In this document: positions 11,690-24,289 of the stretch, piece by piece
Numbering within the stretch: the stretch's first letter is position 1
How the letters are laid out: every line of letters starts with the position of its first letter
Origin: Podarcis muralis
Taxonomy: Eukaryota
Direction: 5' to 3'
Assembly: GCF_964188315.1 (NCBI RefSeq)
Contig: NC_135667.1
Location: forward strand, 26,040,001-26,104,000
DNA length: 64,000 bases
Notes under the pieces: model-generated
What the model saw: only the letters and a program-made list of their open reading frames with translations
The model's database searches: none
What the model was told of the DNA's origin: nothing
Translations under genes and position numbers: made by a program

Positions 11690-12640
11690 CTACGAGATAA
11701 CAAGTTTTATTGTAGGGAATTTTAGTTTTTTAATTAATTTTCTCAAGGCCCCCTTTAGTTCTTTGTTCCTTAAGCTATAAATGATGGGATTTATCAATGG
11801 AGGCACCACAGAATAGAGAACAGCAGCTACGAGGTCCCGACCAACTGAGGATGCTGACCTTGGTCTTGTATAAGTAAAAGCTCCAGTGCCCAGAAACAAA
11901 CAGACAATGATTAGGTGTGGGAGGCAGGTGGAGAAGGCTTTGTACCTTCCTTGGGTAGAAGGGATCTTTAGCACAGTGGAGAATATGTATACATAGGAAA
12001 CTAGTATGATAGAGAAGCATATAGATGCCAATGAATATCCCAGGACAAACATTAAGATATCATTGACATACGTATCTGAACAAGAGATCTTCAGCAGTTG
12101 TGGGACATCACAGAAAAACTGTCCAATGGTGTTAGATTTGCAGAAGGATAACCTGAAGGTATTAGCTGTATGCACAACAGAATAAAGCATGCTACCAATC
12201 CAGCAACCAGCTGCCATTTCTACACACACACACCAGCTCATGAGCACCCTGTAATACAAGGGGTGACAGATTGCAGCATAGCGATCATAAGCCATTGCTG
12301 TGAGTAAGAACAATTCTGCATCTGCAAAAGTGATGACCAGGTAGACCTGAGCAACACACCCTGAGTAGGAAATCTGTCTGGAGTTGATCAAAGAGTTCAC
12401 CATGGATTTGGGGATGGTGACGGAGATGTAGGAGATGTCAAGAAAGGAAAGGTTTGCAAGGAAGAAGTACATAGGGGAGTGGAGGTTGTGATCAAGGCCT
12501 ACAGTTGTAATGATCAGAAGGTTTCCTACCAGAGTTGTCAAGTATATAAGAAGAAATGTGGCAAAATGTAGGAGCTGCAGCTCCCGTGTGTTTGAAAATT
12601 CCAGAAGCAAGAATTCACCCACAGAAGTCTGATTGGACAT
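11690..12640 (-). CDS. Olfactory receptor, class II, family 14-like (316 aa, intact)
   Basis: N-glycosylation site NQT, LHSPMYFFLANLS, MAYDRYAAICHPL, FFCDVPQLLKISC, KAFSTCLPHL, PIIYSLRNKE. The KAFSTCLPHL and CDVPQLLK variants are typical of OR14. Confidence 0.95.
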   Translation of the reverse strand: MSNQTSVGEFLLLEFSNTRELQLLHFATFLLIYLTTLVGNLLIITTVGLDHNLHSPMYFFLANLSFLDISYISVTIPKSMVNSLINSRQISYSGCVAQVYLVITFADAELFLLTAMAYDRYAAICHPLYYRVLMSWCVCVEMAAGCWIGSMLYSVVHTANTFRLSFCKSNTIGQFFCDVPQLLKISCSDTYVNDILMFVLGYSLASICFSIILVSYVYIFSTVLKIPSTQGRYKAFSTCLPHLIIVCLFLGTGAFTYTRPRSASSVGRDLVAAVLYSVVPPLINPIIYSLRNKELKGALRKLIKKLKFPTIKLVIS

Positions 12641-14643
12641 TTCTGATGCAGAAGCAGCCCCCTGTTAAAACAAACAGAACAGAACACCATATATTGTTGC
12701 TTATGGAAACAGAAGTAGGAAAACTGGGTGGTAGCACATTATTTATTTGTTTAACAGCATTTATATACCACTTGCTAGGACAAAATACTTCTATGTGCCT
12801 TACAACAGAATCTAAAACAGTCTTTAAAAATACAAATGAATACACATATTAAACAGAAATTTAAAACACTTACTAAAAATACATGTCAAAAGCACATTGC
12901 ATGCCTGGGAAGGCATTCTAGAACAAAATGGCTTAGCAAGCACTGGAAACAATACCATGAAGGCTCCTGTCTAATATCAAAAGCAGGAAGTTCCAACGTG
13001 TATGTCCTGCTACATGAAATGATTGATTTATTGTAAGTGTGGAATGAGCATTATGTGGCACTTGTAAAAGTGCCAGTTCCAAATTTCTAATCAGAGTTGA
13101 ATTTAGGGCACCAAGCCAAGGGGGTACCGCAGGATGCCATGACTATGACATAGTGCACATGCAGAATGGAAGGCAGGGGGCATCAAATTTGGGCCTCACA
13201 CAAGATGCTGATGAAATTTAATAGACCAAATCTGACCCTGTTCTAAGGCATCTAGTGTGCCCGTATGGGGTGGGGTGATCCTTGGCGTAACATAATCATG
13301 TCTTTTAAAGATGCACTAGAGGAAGAATGGAAAGGATTAATGTGGCCACAGAATTTCATCTATGGTAAAATTTGGAATGCAATTTGGAGGTTTATCCTTG
13401 GACAAAACATCAGAGAGCTTTTGAAGGAAATAGCAGAAGTCATAATGAAACTGGTTAGATCCTCCAGGAAGATTAAGGCCTTTAGAGCAGGTTGAAAAAA
13501 CCTTGTACAAATTAACATTAGAAAAGTGCATGATGCAATAATGTTCCCAAGGACCTCACCAGTTTTTCTGACCATAATGGATCTGTAAACAGCAGGTAAC
13601 TTTTTGCTGACCTTATCCACGAGCCCTAAACTAAGAGCAGCATACATAGTTTGGCCAGCCCAATTTTACCCCCCTCCCAAATCATCAATGTATTGTGAAG
13701 TAAACCTATGCAAACTATACAATTTCCCCCTCAAGCATAAAGTGCATTGAGTTGCCTTTAAAATATTTAGTTTAATCCAAATCATTAAAAGTGATGGTGG
13801 CAAAGGAGAAAGAGCAGCATGCAAATACAGGCAAAGGTATTTTCTGTGCGTTGTAATTTTACCTTCCTGGTATGATATATGGTGGTATGTCTGGGGAGAA
13901 AATGTAGATATTTAAAAAGGTGCAACAACAATCTTCTAACGACTGTGCAAAATTGTCCGCTTCAAAGCCAGAGTTGGAAGTTCTTTGAGCAGCCACAGAA
14001 TGAAGACCACCTGCAAGAAAGGCAGTAAGTAGCATTTGACAAAACATGTGATGGCAAAAATCGGAATCATTAGCAGGGCTCTTGTGAAAATCTGTGTTCC
14101 ACATAGGGAGTTTAATTCCCTAAGGCCAACATGAACTATATTCTCAACTGTGTCATTGGCATCTTATCCCTGAGGTGTATTATTCACGATGAATGCTCTA
14201 CTGTTTTAGAATCTTGAATAGTTATCACAGATTGGAAGAGTGAGCAGCCTGTGGTCTGATGGTCACATCTTGGGCTACTTTCATGCTAGTGACAAGGAAA
14301 GGAACAATGGGGGAAAGAGAGTGACAGGAAGAGAGGGAGTGAGGGAGCAGAAAGAGAAAAAGGAATGGAATTCCATCTTTTGGTACTGCCCACATTTAGC
14401 TCTGAAGTTGCCATTGCTGATATCAACCCACCCAACTGACAACATATGGCAAGCAAGCATCCCTCAATGAACTGTGTCATTCTACAGAGAAAATGTTCAT
14501 TTCCTCTGCTATATGGTGTGTGCCATCTCAGTTCTCTGGATCCCTATGTAAATAAAACTACAGTATCCACACACAAGAGAAGAGGTATCAGTGGCCTAAA
14601 GTGAAGTGGGGGTGAGGGTTGTGGGATCTGTTGGGGTCTGACT

Positions 14644-14810
14644 TTTAGAGGACATCTGAAGGCAGCCCTGTTTAGGGAAGTTTTTAATGTTTGCTGTTTT
14701 ACTGTATTTTTAATATTCTTTCGGGAGTTGCCCAGAGTGGCTGGGGAAATCCAGCCACGTATGTATGTATGTATGTATGTATGTATAAATAAATAAATAA
14801 ATAAATAAAT
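14644..14810 (+). mobile_element. L2-clade LINE 3' end fragment with (TATG)n/(TAAA)n tail
   Basis: Matches the 3' end of the L2 copy at 60330-60500 (GCCCAGAGTGGCTGGGGAAA.CCAGCCA). Confidence 0.75.
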
Positions 14811-14814
14811 ATTA

Positions 14815-15910
14815 GGCAGTCATCCAATGCTGAACCCTGTCTTGGTGCAAGCCAAGCTGGCAAGGTCTCACTGGGCAGCTGGGCTGAGGATTCCAGCCAG
14901 GCAGAGACCCAACCCAAGCTTGGGGCATGCCAAGGCCAATTCTCCCCTCAGGTCCCTTATGGAGCCCCCTTTCACTATGTTGATCCTTCCTAATACCATT
15001 TTCACCCCTATACATACAGCATCATTCTGCCTAACAAAAGCAAACCTTACATTTTACTGAAGGAAAGGTGGAAAAACCCCAACCAAGAGTTAATCAGGTT
15101 GAAGGGGGGGTCATTTCCAGCCCTGTCAATCAGTAACCAAATAGTTGTGTAAAGGCTCTAACTCAAGGGCTGGAGGGGAAGAAGTTTGCAGGGCAAAATT
15201 ACCCTAATCACTGGTGTGGAAAGACTTATATAGGCTTTTCTCCTCTCTACCTTCCTGCGAGGGCCTATGGACAGTGCCGGAGACCAAATGGGCCTATGGA
15301 CAGTGTGGCTGCAGACCAAAGCACTCATCAGGAGAGCTATGAGATTCAGGTGAGAGTCAGATGCCTTGTCAATCCCAGCAGGTATATAACAGGAAGATCC
15401 GGCCTGCTGGGCCTGAAGGTAGTGGAATGGAATCCAGCAGTTGGACTAAGCCAAGCCTGCACCATGGGAGTTGGTCAGTGCTGAACCTTGTCATGGTGCA
15501 AGCCAAGTTGGCAAGTTCTCACTGGGCAAAGAGAATGAGGATTCTAGCCAGGCAGAGACCCCAACCTGAGTTTGAGTGTGCCATGCCCAGTCCCCGCTAC
15601 CTTGGGCCCTTTAAGGGGGCTTTCCTTTTTACTAAGTTGATTCTTCCCAGTGTTGTTTCCATCCACCATACCAAGACAGCAATTTCCCACCTAACAAAAG
15701 AAAGCCATCATTTTCACTGAAAGAAAGGTGGTGGTGGGGAACCCAACCAAGTTTAAATCAGATGCGGGGGGATACTTTCTGGCCCTGTCAATCAGCAACC
15801 CAAATAGCTCAGTGATACACTAACCCATGGATTGGCAGGTGGGAAGCTTGTGGGGTGAAATGACCCCAAACTCCAGAAGGGGAAGCATTATAAAGCTTTC
15901 CATCCCCTCC
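14815..15910. repeat. Diverged local direct duplication (about 14815-15270 and 15470-15910)
   Basis: Both units carry GGTGCAAGCCAAG.TGGCAAG..CTCACTGGGCA, GCCAGGCAGAGACCC, CCTAACAAAAG and GCCCTGTCAATCAG in the same order. Confidence 0.8.
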
Positions 15911-16166
15911 TATGAATTAACCTGCAAGTAGAGAGGGAAGGCTCAGTGGAGAAAAGGGATGACTATGGAAATATCTCAGTTACCATAAAGGATCATCATG
16001 CCATCTTGAACATCAAGGTAGCAAGGAGAGAGTGCTCTAGAATTCTGATTCTATGAAACTCACAGGCACACATAAGTAGGGCAAGGAGGATGCAAGTGGG
16101 TTGCAGCTCCAGGTGTTGCTGTTAATGTGGAGAAAGGAATAATTCAAAGGAATGACAAAGTAGGAA
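15418..16166 (-). repeat. Inverted paralog of two separate flanks of OR-B (21969-22288 and 23739-23870)
   Basis: The reverse complement of 16035-16166 matches 23739-23870. The reverse complement of 15418-16037 matches 21969-22288, which lacks about 300 bp. Confidence 0.85.
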
Positions 16167-17559
16167 AACTCTTCCATTTTCTTTTAGTTGTGAGGGGCGG
16201 CTCACAAGTGGAGTAGCCTAGGGCCTTTCTTCATCTATCTCCAACTATCTGAACTCATTCCATTCTTCCTAAGCACCAAGCCATCTCCTTCATGACAACT
16301 CCACAGGTCATGTCCAGTCCCTTCCAATCCACTAAGGGATATTCAACAAAACAAAAACTATTTCTCTAAACTTCACTGTCAGGTCCAGTAATAAAGATGA
16401 CATCTAATTAGGTTTTTGGGGTAGGAAAATTGATAAGGGCTATGGGAAGATCGGAGGGATGTCATATGCTCTGTGGGTTCAGAGTGTTGCAGAATGTTAT
16501 GACATTTGATTTGCTGTAATGAATTCCCTCACTCCCCATTCATGGTTTTTGCAATATATTATTTCCCTAATGGTTGAGCGGTAGGTTCTGTTCATTGCTT
16601 TAAAAAAAACCCAGAGGACACATTATCACTGGTTGTATTGGTGGTATGGTGTTTAGTTCGTAGCACTGTAAGACACAAAGATGCTGAATGAGATGAAGGA
16701 AAGAAAAGGACTTAGGAACTGATCCATTTGTTATCATAAAATATCTCTGCACTGAATAACAGCAAAAGAAGTAGAGCTATAGACAAATCATAAATGAAGA
16801 GAGGTGGGTAACTATCAGGAAGTATGGCCTTTTCAGAGATGGCTGAGGGAGGTTTCTCCAACACTATTTTTGTGATCTGTTCAGTGCCAGGTGAATATAT
16901 TCACCCAGATCTTTAACTTATTTCTCATAGTCTGGTGCTTACTTTTAGCATATGTGTTTAAATTGTGGTTTCTACTGGTTTCCATTATATTTTAACTTTC
17001 CTCTTATTATTAAATTTGTATGTAACATATTTTGTTTTTGTTTTTTTAGACTTGCCCAGGGAACTTTTACTATAGACAGTCATATAAAAGGTAAAAGATA
17101 TAACAAAGTAATATAAACTCAGTTAAGTCCCTAAGTTATAAGATAAACATGTCCCACAAACTATTCTTCCAAAGCTATGACCATGGTAATCTGTTTCAGG
17201 AACCTTTTTTGCAACCTGTTAATGGCTGATTAATTCATTATGGCAGCAGCTGTCAAGGACTAGAGTTGCCTTCAGCAGATGCCCCCCCCCCACCAAAAAA
17301 CAAAAACAAAACCCATTTGAAATTAGTTTTACATTGAAAGGAAAATAAAAACCTTCGTGAGGATCCTTGAACTGTATTCATGATCTTTGATAAAATCTTA
17401 TACAAAAAATCTGTGATTTTCCTTTTTATTAATGAACCATCACTCTTAATCATGCTCAATCTTGTAAACTATTTGAAGAATTCTGCTGAAATATGAAGTG
17501 GTATATCATATGACTCCTCTCTCTGTATTGTTCTTTTCACAAAGATTTCATTTGTCTCA

Positions 17560-18489
17560 ATGTTGGGAAACCAGACAAAGATGGCAGAATTTATTCTCCT
17601 GGGATTTCGGGAATTCTACGAATTGCAGACACTTCTTTTCCTGACATTTCTGGTAATTTATGTTGTGACCATAACTGGAAATATTCTTACTTTTGCCCTT
17701 ATTGTCTTTGATCAGCACCTTCATACCCCCATGTACTTTTTCCTGGGGAATCTCTCCTTCCTGGAGGCCTGCTGTAGCTCCAATATATTCCCACGGATGC
17801 TTTTGGCTCTCATTACTGGAGACAGAAGGATTTCCTACAACAGCTGCTTAACACAGTGGTATCTCTTTGGTTCCTTGGAAGCTACAGAATGTTTTTTACT
17901 CTGTGTGATGTCTTATGACAGGTACCTAGCAATCTGTAAACCATTGCACTATGCAACAACTATGAAAACCCAGACTTCTATCCATTTAGCAGCTGCATCT
18001 TGGTTCAGTGGATTTATAGCTTGCTTGATCTTACTCATTTTGATATTACAGTTAATGTTTTGTGGCCCTAATGAAATGGATCATTACTTCTGTGAATACT
18101 TCCCTCTTCTCAGACTCTCTTGCAGCGACACCAGTGTGTTGGAAATTGCAAGTTACATTGTGGCTGTCATATTTACAGTCCCTCCATTTGTTCTAACTAT
18201 AACCTCCTATGTATACATTATTGCTGCCATTTTAAGGATCCCCTCTGCCACTGGGAGGCAAAAGGCCTTTTCCACCTGCTCCTCTCACTTGATTGTGGTT
18301 TCAATTTTTTATGGCACACTCATGATTGAGTATATGATACCGAAGTCAACAGAGAACAGAGAGATGCAAATGATTTCTTCTCTCTTGTACACAGCTCTGT
18401 CGCCTCTGGCCAACCCATTTATATACAGCCTAAGGAACAAGGAGGTAAAAAATTCACTGAGGAATAATATTAGGAAACTTGTGAGGTGA
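17560..18489 (+). CDS. Olfactory receptor A, class II (OR6/OR11-like), 309 aa, intact
   Basis: NQT, LHTPMYFFLGNLSFLE, MSYDRYLAICKPLHY, KAFSTCSSHL, PFIYSLRNKEV. Confidence 0.95.
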   Translation: MLGNQTKMAEFILLGFREFYELQTLLFLTFLVIYVVTITGNILTFALIVFDQHLHTPMYFFLGNLSFLEACCSSNIFPRMLLALITGDRRISYNSCLTQWYLFGSLEATECFLLCVMSYDRYLAICKPLHYATTMKTQTSIHLAAASWFSGFIACLILLILILQLMFCGPNEMDHYFCEYFPLLRLSCSDTSVLEIASYIVAVIFTVPPFVLTITSYVYIIAAILRIPSATGRQKAFSTCSSHLIVVSIFYGTLMIEYMIPKSTENREMQMISSLLYTALSPLANPFIYSLRNKEVKNSLRNNIRKLVR

Positions 18490-19160
18490 AGCAACTTAAT
18501 ATGTAATAGAAGGAACCTGAGCATTTTCTGTTGCATATCTCTCTCTCTCTTTTGGAGAGTGTTATACAGTTCAGTCTCTGAAAGGATGCATCAATCCATC
18601 CATTTCCAGGATTAATAATACATTTTATTGAAAATCATGAACCTGTTTAAATAATCCAGTCATTCTTATTATTTATTTAATTCTTATTTTTGTGTGTTTT
18701 ACTGTATTTCCATATATTGTCCACCCTCTTTATTTTAAATGAGTGCATAGTATAAAAATATTTTTAATAAATAGTGTTTGTAAAATAATAATAATGAGAT
18801 TATATAATTCATTAATTGCATTGGATGACTATTTGTAAAAACGAGCGTATTTTTGTGTGAGGAGAATATCAGCTCCGCAATCAGTCAATAAAGGTGTGGG
18901 AAACCCCAAACTGAAAGCATTGGTGGCTAAAAAAAACAAATGAGTGGCGTATGGCAGGGTTCAATCCACATTCCACATTCAAAACCAAACAATAATGCTT
19001 TCTATATTTTATGTAGCATAATTCAATAAATATATAACCACAAATATTTGTTTCCTAGTGATTTGTTTGTAAAACAAATGGAATGCCAATTGGGAGAGCA
19101 AAAACAAATGACACATTAATGTTTTTTCCACTAGAGTCAGAGAAACAGAAAGATCCAATA

Positions 19161-19223
19161 CAGTGGTACCTCGGGTTAAGAACTTAATTCGTCCAGAAGT
19201 GTCTGTAACCCGAGATACCACTG
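19161..19223. mobile_element. Minimal 63-bp Tc1/mariner MITE (essentially TIRs only)
   Basis: CAGTGGTACCTCGGGTTA / TAACCCGAGATACCACTG, TA flanks. Duplicate at 29780-29842. Confidence 0.8.
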
Positions 19224-19290
19224 TACAGAATTTTTTCATGTAGATTCTTAGCCCAGATTCAAATTGTATTAGGCAAAGAGGGTTTTTTAA

Positions 19291-19352
<62 letters not shown>
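19291..19352. repeat. (CA)n microsatellite (paralog at 29913-29938 is much shorter)
   Basis: Read directly from the sequence. Confidence 0.9.
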
Positions 19353-19368
19353 CAACAATGATTGATTA

Positions 19369-19610
19369 CAGTGTTACCTTGGGTTACAGACACTTCAGGT
19401 TACAGATGCTTCAGGTTACAGACTCCACTAACCCAGAAATAGAACCTCGGGTTAAGAACTTTGCTTCAGGATGAGAACAGAAATTGCACAGCAGTGGCAC
19501 GGCAGCAGCGAGAGGCCCCATTAGCTAAAGTGGTACCTCAGGTTAAGAACAGTTTCAGGTTAAGAACAGACCTCCAGAATGAATTAAGTTCTTAACCCGA
19601 GGTACCACTG
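19369..19610. mobile_element. Tc1/mariner MITE, same family as 8306-8531
   Basis: Same TIRs and body, TA flanks. Confidence 0.85.
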
Positions 19611-20290
19611 TATTGAAAAATAGTTTATTTTTTTCCTGATCTTCCGCTTACATGACATGAGAGACTGTTGCACTGGTTAGGAAGTGAAGTCACTTATTCT
19701 TTATAATAAAAGTATTTTGCCTAGTATATGGAGCTAGAGTTGGATAGGGAGATGGAAGATGAGCACAGAGCTCATTCATTGCTTGTGCATGCTTTTTAGT
19801 TAGCTAGTGTGGCTGCAATTCTTCACATACTTGGGAGTAAGCTTCACTGATTGCAATGGAACTGACTTCTGAGTAGACATGGTTGGGATAGCACACACAT
19901 CAAGAGAGTAACAAAGAAAACACAAAAATAAGGAAGATGAAAATGGCACCTCAAAATGATATGGGGGGTGGAGGTCAGTTTTACAGAATGAAACTAGTAG
20001 CATTCCTCCATTTCATAAGCATGCTTTACTATAATATAAAATGCATTTTACAGTCCTGTTTGGGGTGTTGACTCCTTTTTGCTTTAAGCTAGCTTTGCAC
20101 CAGCAACTGATTAAAATATGGGATTATTAGAACGTTATTACACCTAACAAAGAAGGAATGTGAGAATATATTTAGAAAACTTCATCTCATATTAAGCCAT
20201 TGTATATGTAGGTGATGTTTAATGCAGTTTCCAGTATTCATTTATAAAATGTAGCTTAAGAAAAACATGAGCACTGAGAGAAATGTGCAA

Positions 20291-20293
<3 letters not shown>

Positions 20294-20336
<43 letters not shown>
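20294..20336. repeat. (TG)n microsatellite (paralog at 30878-30921)
   Basis: Read directly from the sequence. Confidence 0.9.
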
Positions 20337-20337
<1 letters not shown>

Positions 20338-22556
20338 GCTGCTTTTATTTATATTTTGGAAAATATTAGCTTAATGTTTTGAATATCTGATTTTATCAGT
20401 AATTTTAATGTATATTTATATTTTATGTAAACCACTTAGAATTTTTTTGAGGATTAAGAGTCTATTAAATAAAAAGACTAAATTAAGATTAGAGTCCTAT
20501 TAGATTTCTATTCCTAATAAGGAGCTATCCATGCTGAAAGGTCTAGACACTGCTTTGGTACCATTCCAGTACTTTTGCCAAATGTTCCTGGAAAATTCGC
20601 TTAGGACATGATCTGATGGTTCCTGGGAAGGTGTTCCAGGGACCATAGGATTTCACAACCCTTATCTATGGGTAGAGAGAAAAGTCTACCCTTGGAAGCC
20701 CCCTGCCAGCCACCACCATCATCAGTGCTGTGGCAGCAGAGGGAGCAAAACAGGAGGCATTCTGGAGTCAGCCGTCCGTGAGTTGCACATATTGGTGTAT
20801 CCTAGTTGGTCAGATGCCAATCATGAGAGATGAGAGACCTTGCTGGCCAGGTTACTAATGCTTCAATCATGGATGATTAGATATTCTGCTTCTGTAACAG
20901 AATTCTAAATGTTAATTCCCTGACTAATCTCCTGGGGAAAGGTAGTTTAGTAAGAGTTGGCTGCTCAGCTGCAGACATATTGGGATCCTACCAGTTGCAG
21001 AGAGCATGCCCCTGTATGCCTGTTGCTGGCAGTCACAAGTAGGGAGGCTGCTGTGTACTCAAGTCCTACTTGCAGGCTTCCCAAAGGCATCTGGTTGGTC
21101 ATTGTGAACTAGATTGGCTTTTGGTCTCATCCAGCAGAGCTTTTCTTACATTCTTATGTACTATAGCATAAGATAAGGCAGCCTTCCACATTCCATCAGC
21201 TGTGAACCTGCTATTTACTTATAAACATCTGAGGTTAGTGTTGCTTCTAGTCTTTGGCACTCATATAAGTTGAAGAAGCTGGGTATAATGGTTTATGTTT
21301 TGATTTGATTTGATTAAAAGAATTCCTGCACTGATCTGAAAAGACTGATCTCTAGAAGCATCTAGGGATGTATTCTCCTGTGATTCTGAACTGAAGCAAT
21401 GGTAACCAGGAAAGATATTCCCTGCAGGACAACTCATGCCATACAACACATATAGAACAGAACATCTCAGATATCTTGTCTTCTAAATTGCAGGCAGGCA
21501 GGATAAAGGAAAGAAGGAAGGAAGGAAAGAACAAAAGAAGACAGATGTGCCTTAATTCTTAATAAAGTGAAGATGAGAAAGGAGAAAATGTGGTTTTCAT
21601 GCCATGGAGGTAAGCAGTTTTCTGTCTCACTTATCCTTCTGCAAATTTTCAATCTGATCAACTTAATTATATCCATGAACTTCAACAATCATGCTGTGAA
21701 ACATTCAGGAATTGTAATATTTAGGCAATGCATAACCAGTGTTACAAGTATACCTGCTGCTGCTGAGATAAGTTGGGTGTGGACCATATTGGTCTCCTTT
21801 TTATGGATGACCACTGGGACCCCATGTCATGCTACGAGATGTGCATGATAAATGTTTCTGAAATGCAAACATTGGACACATGTGCATCATAACACGTATA
21901 ATCATTGTTTTTTTGTGATGGCACCCCACTCTGTTCTGCACTTTACATAGGATTTTCATAAGACTTGGGAGCACTCTCTCCTTGCTACCTTGAAAATGAT
22001 GGCTTTCTTTGGTTAGGTGGGAAATTGCTGTCTTGGCATGGGGGATGGAAACTACACTGGGATAAATCAACTTAGTATAAAGGAGAGCCTCCTTAAAGGG
22101 CCCAAGATAGTGGGGACTGGCCATGGCACCTCAGGTTGGGGTCTCTGCCTGGCTAGAATCCTCATTCTCTTTGCCCAGTGAGAACTTGCCAACTTGGCTT
22201 GCACCATGACAAGGTTCAGCACTGGCCAACTCCCATGGTGCAGGCTTGGCTTAGTCCAACTGCTGGATTCCATTCCACTAGCATCAGGTAAGTGGAATGA
22301 TGAGCCGATCCAGGCCCTACTGCCATTCCAACCTGTATCATGCTTGGTGCCATCAATAAAGATTTGGCCTGATTTCATCCCAACTCCTGGTGTCCTGTCT
22401 GTTCATTTGCTGCTCTTCTGGGTCAAATAATTCGCCTGCCAGGCTAATCTATTAACTTTAATGTTATCTCTTTTTTCAAAGATAGATTCCAAGATCTCTT
22501 TAATCTCTGATGAATGCACTTCATAAACTATGGAACAGACTACATGAGGAAAGCAG

Positions 22557-23501
22557 ATGAATGTTACAGAATATATCCTCTTGGGTTTTGGAAAATTCGG
22601 TCAATGGCAAAATATCCTATTTTTTGTTTTCCTATTGATCTATATTGCAGCCATGATTGGGAATGTACTCATTGTAATTTTAGTGGTAGTTGATCAGCAT
22701 CTACATACGCCCATGTATTTCTTCCTGGGAAACTTGTCGTGCCTAGAGACTTGCTATATATCAAATGTCATGCCCAAAATGATGGTGGGCTTGTTGACTG
22801 AGGAAAATGTGATTTCATTCAGTGGCTGTTTTGTGCAGTTCTTTTTCTTTGGTTACCTAATAGGAACAGAATGCTATCTTCTCTCAGTAATGTCATATGA
22901 TAGATATTTAGCAATATGCAAACCACTGCATTACACAACAACTATGAATGCACAAATGTGCATCCAACTAGCAGTTTCTTCGTGGATAAATGGACTTATA
23001 GCTACTTTAATACTTTTGGGTTTTATGCTAGAGTTAACATACTGTGGTCCCAATGAAATTGATCATTATTTCTGTGATACTGTCCCACTTATAAAACTTT
23101 CCTGTAGTGACACCAACCTGGTGGAAGTTATGAGTTTTGTCCTGGCATTCATATTTACCCTGCCACCTTTTCTCCTCACCTTGACATCCTACATAGCCAT
23201 CATAACTACCATCTTGAAAATTCCTTCTACAACTGGGAGGAAGAAAGCATTTTCCACTTGCTCTTCTCATCTTATTGTAGTTTCTACCTTCTACGGAGCC
23301 ATCATGATAGTGTATATGTTACCGAAGAGAGAAGCACTCCGTGATCTCAACAAAGCTTTCTCTCTCTTGTATACAGTCCTACCCCCTGTTGCAAATCCTC
23401 TTATATACAGCTTGAGAAATAAGGAGGTAAAGCATGCCATAGGGAAATTATTTGGAAAGTATTGCATTCCTCCAAGAAGCTGGAGAGAATTGTTACAATG
23501 A
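22557..23501 (+). CDS. Olfactory receptor B1, class II (OR6/OR11-like), 314 aa, intact
   Basis: NVT sequon, LHTPMYFFLGNLSCLE, MSYDRYLAICKPLHY, KAFSTCSSHL, PLIYSLRNKEV. Confidence 0.95.
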   Translation: MNVTEYILLGFGKFGQWQNILFFVFLLIYIAAMIGNVLIVILVVVDQHLHTPMYFFLGNLSCLETCYISNVMPKMMVGLLTEENVISFSGCFVQFFFFGYLIGTECYLLSVMSYDRYLAICKPLHYTTTMNAQMCIQLAVSSWINGLIATLILLGFMLELTYCGPNEIDHYFCDTVPLIKLSCSDTNLVEVMSFVLAFIFTLPPFLLTLTSYIAIITTILKIPSTTGRKKAFSTCSSHLIVVSTFYGAIMIVYMLPKREALRDLNKAFSLLYTVLPPVANPLIYSLRNKEVKHAIGKLFGKYCIPPRSWRELLQ

Positions 23502-24082
23502 TTAAAAAAAAGCAGTGGTGAAGCAACTTCATAATCAGAATTTCAGGTGTGTTTTCCTTGAACTGTTTTACCTCTTTTAGCCCCCATCCTGAAGAAAATG
23601 CCGAAATAGTGTGCAAGTTGACCTAGTTCTCTTAGTAATATTGTAATGAAATATTACAGTAAATTGTCTCTAAAATGTGTTTTTGTTCATACTGCTTTAC
23701 CATGCGTACTTAGTATTCTGCTTAATAAAAATAATGTATTCCTACTTTGTCATTCCTTTGAATTCTTCCTTTCTCCACATTAACAGCAACACCTGGAGCT
23801 GCAACCCACTTTCATCCTCCTTGCCCTGCTTATGTGTGCCTGTGAGTTTCATAGTATCAGAATTCTGGAGTTGGAAGGCACTAGCTAGTCCACTCCCAGC
23901 AATGCATGAATCACAGTTAGAGAGTCCTGGAAAGGTGGCCATCCAAAATCTGTTTGGAAACTTCCAATGAAGGAGAGTTTCTATAAACATTTTCCTACAT
24001 TTTCTGCTAGGAAGGGGTGATACTTTTCTTTTCTTTTGTTCTGTTCTTTATATCCTTCATATTATTAATTTGATCATCATTA

Positions 24083-24289
24083 AAGGTAAAGGTACCCCTG
24101 CCTGTACGGGCCAGTCGTGTCCGACTCTAGGGTTGTGTGCCCATCTCACTTAAGAGGCCGGGGGCCAGCGCTGTCCAGAGACACTTCCGGGTCACGTGGC
24201 CAGCGTGATGAAGCTGCTCTGGCGAGCCAGCACCATCACAGCACACGGAAACACCATTTACCTTCCCGCTATAAAGCGGTACCTATTTA
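24083..24289 (-). mobile_element. Sauria-type SINE, 3' part (split by copia insertion)
   Basis: AAGGTAAAGG tail through GCGGTACCTATTTA. Continues at 27499. TSD TGATCATCATTA 24071-24082 / TGATCATTATTA 27654-27665. Confidence 0.9.

Noticed and set aside
12219-12230. (CA)n run inside the OR14-like CDS
   Set aside because: Too short and in frame (WCVCV). No evidence of instability from a single sequence.
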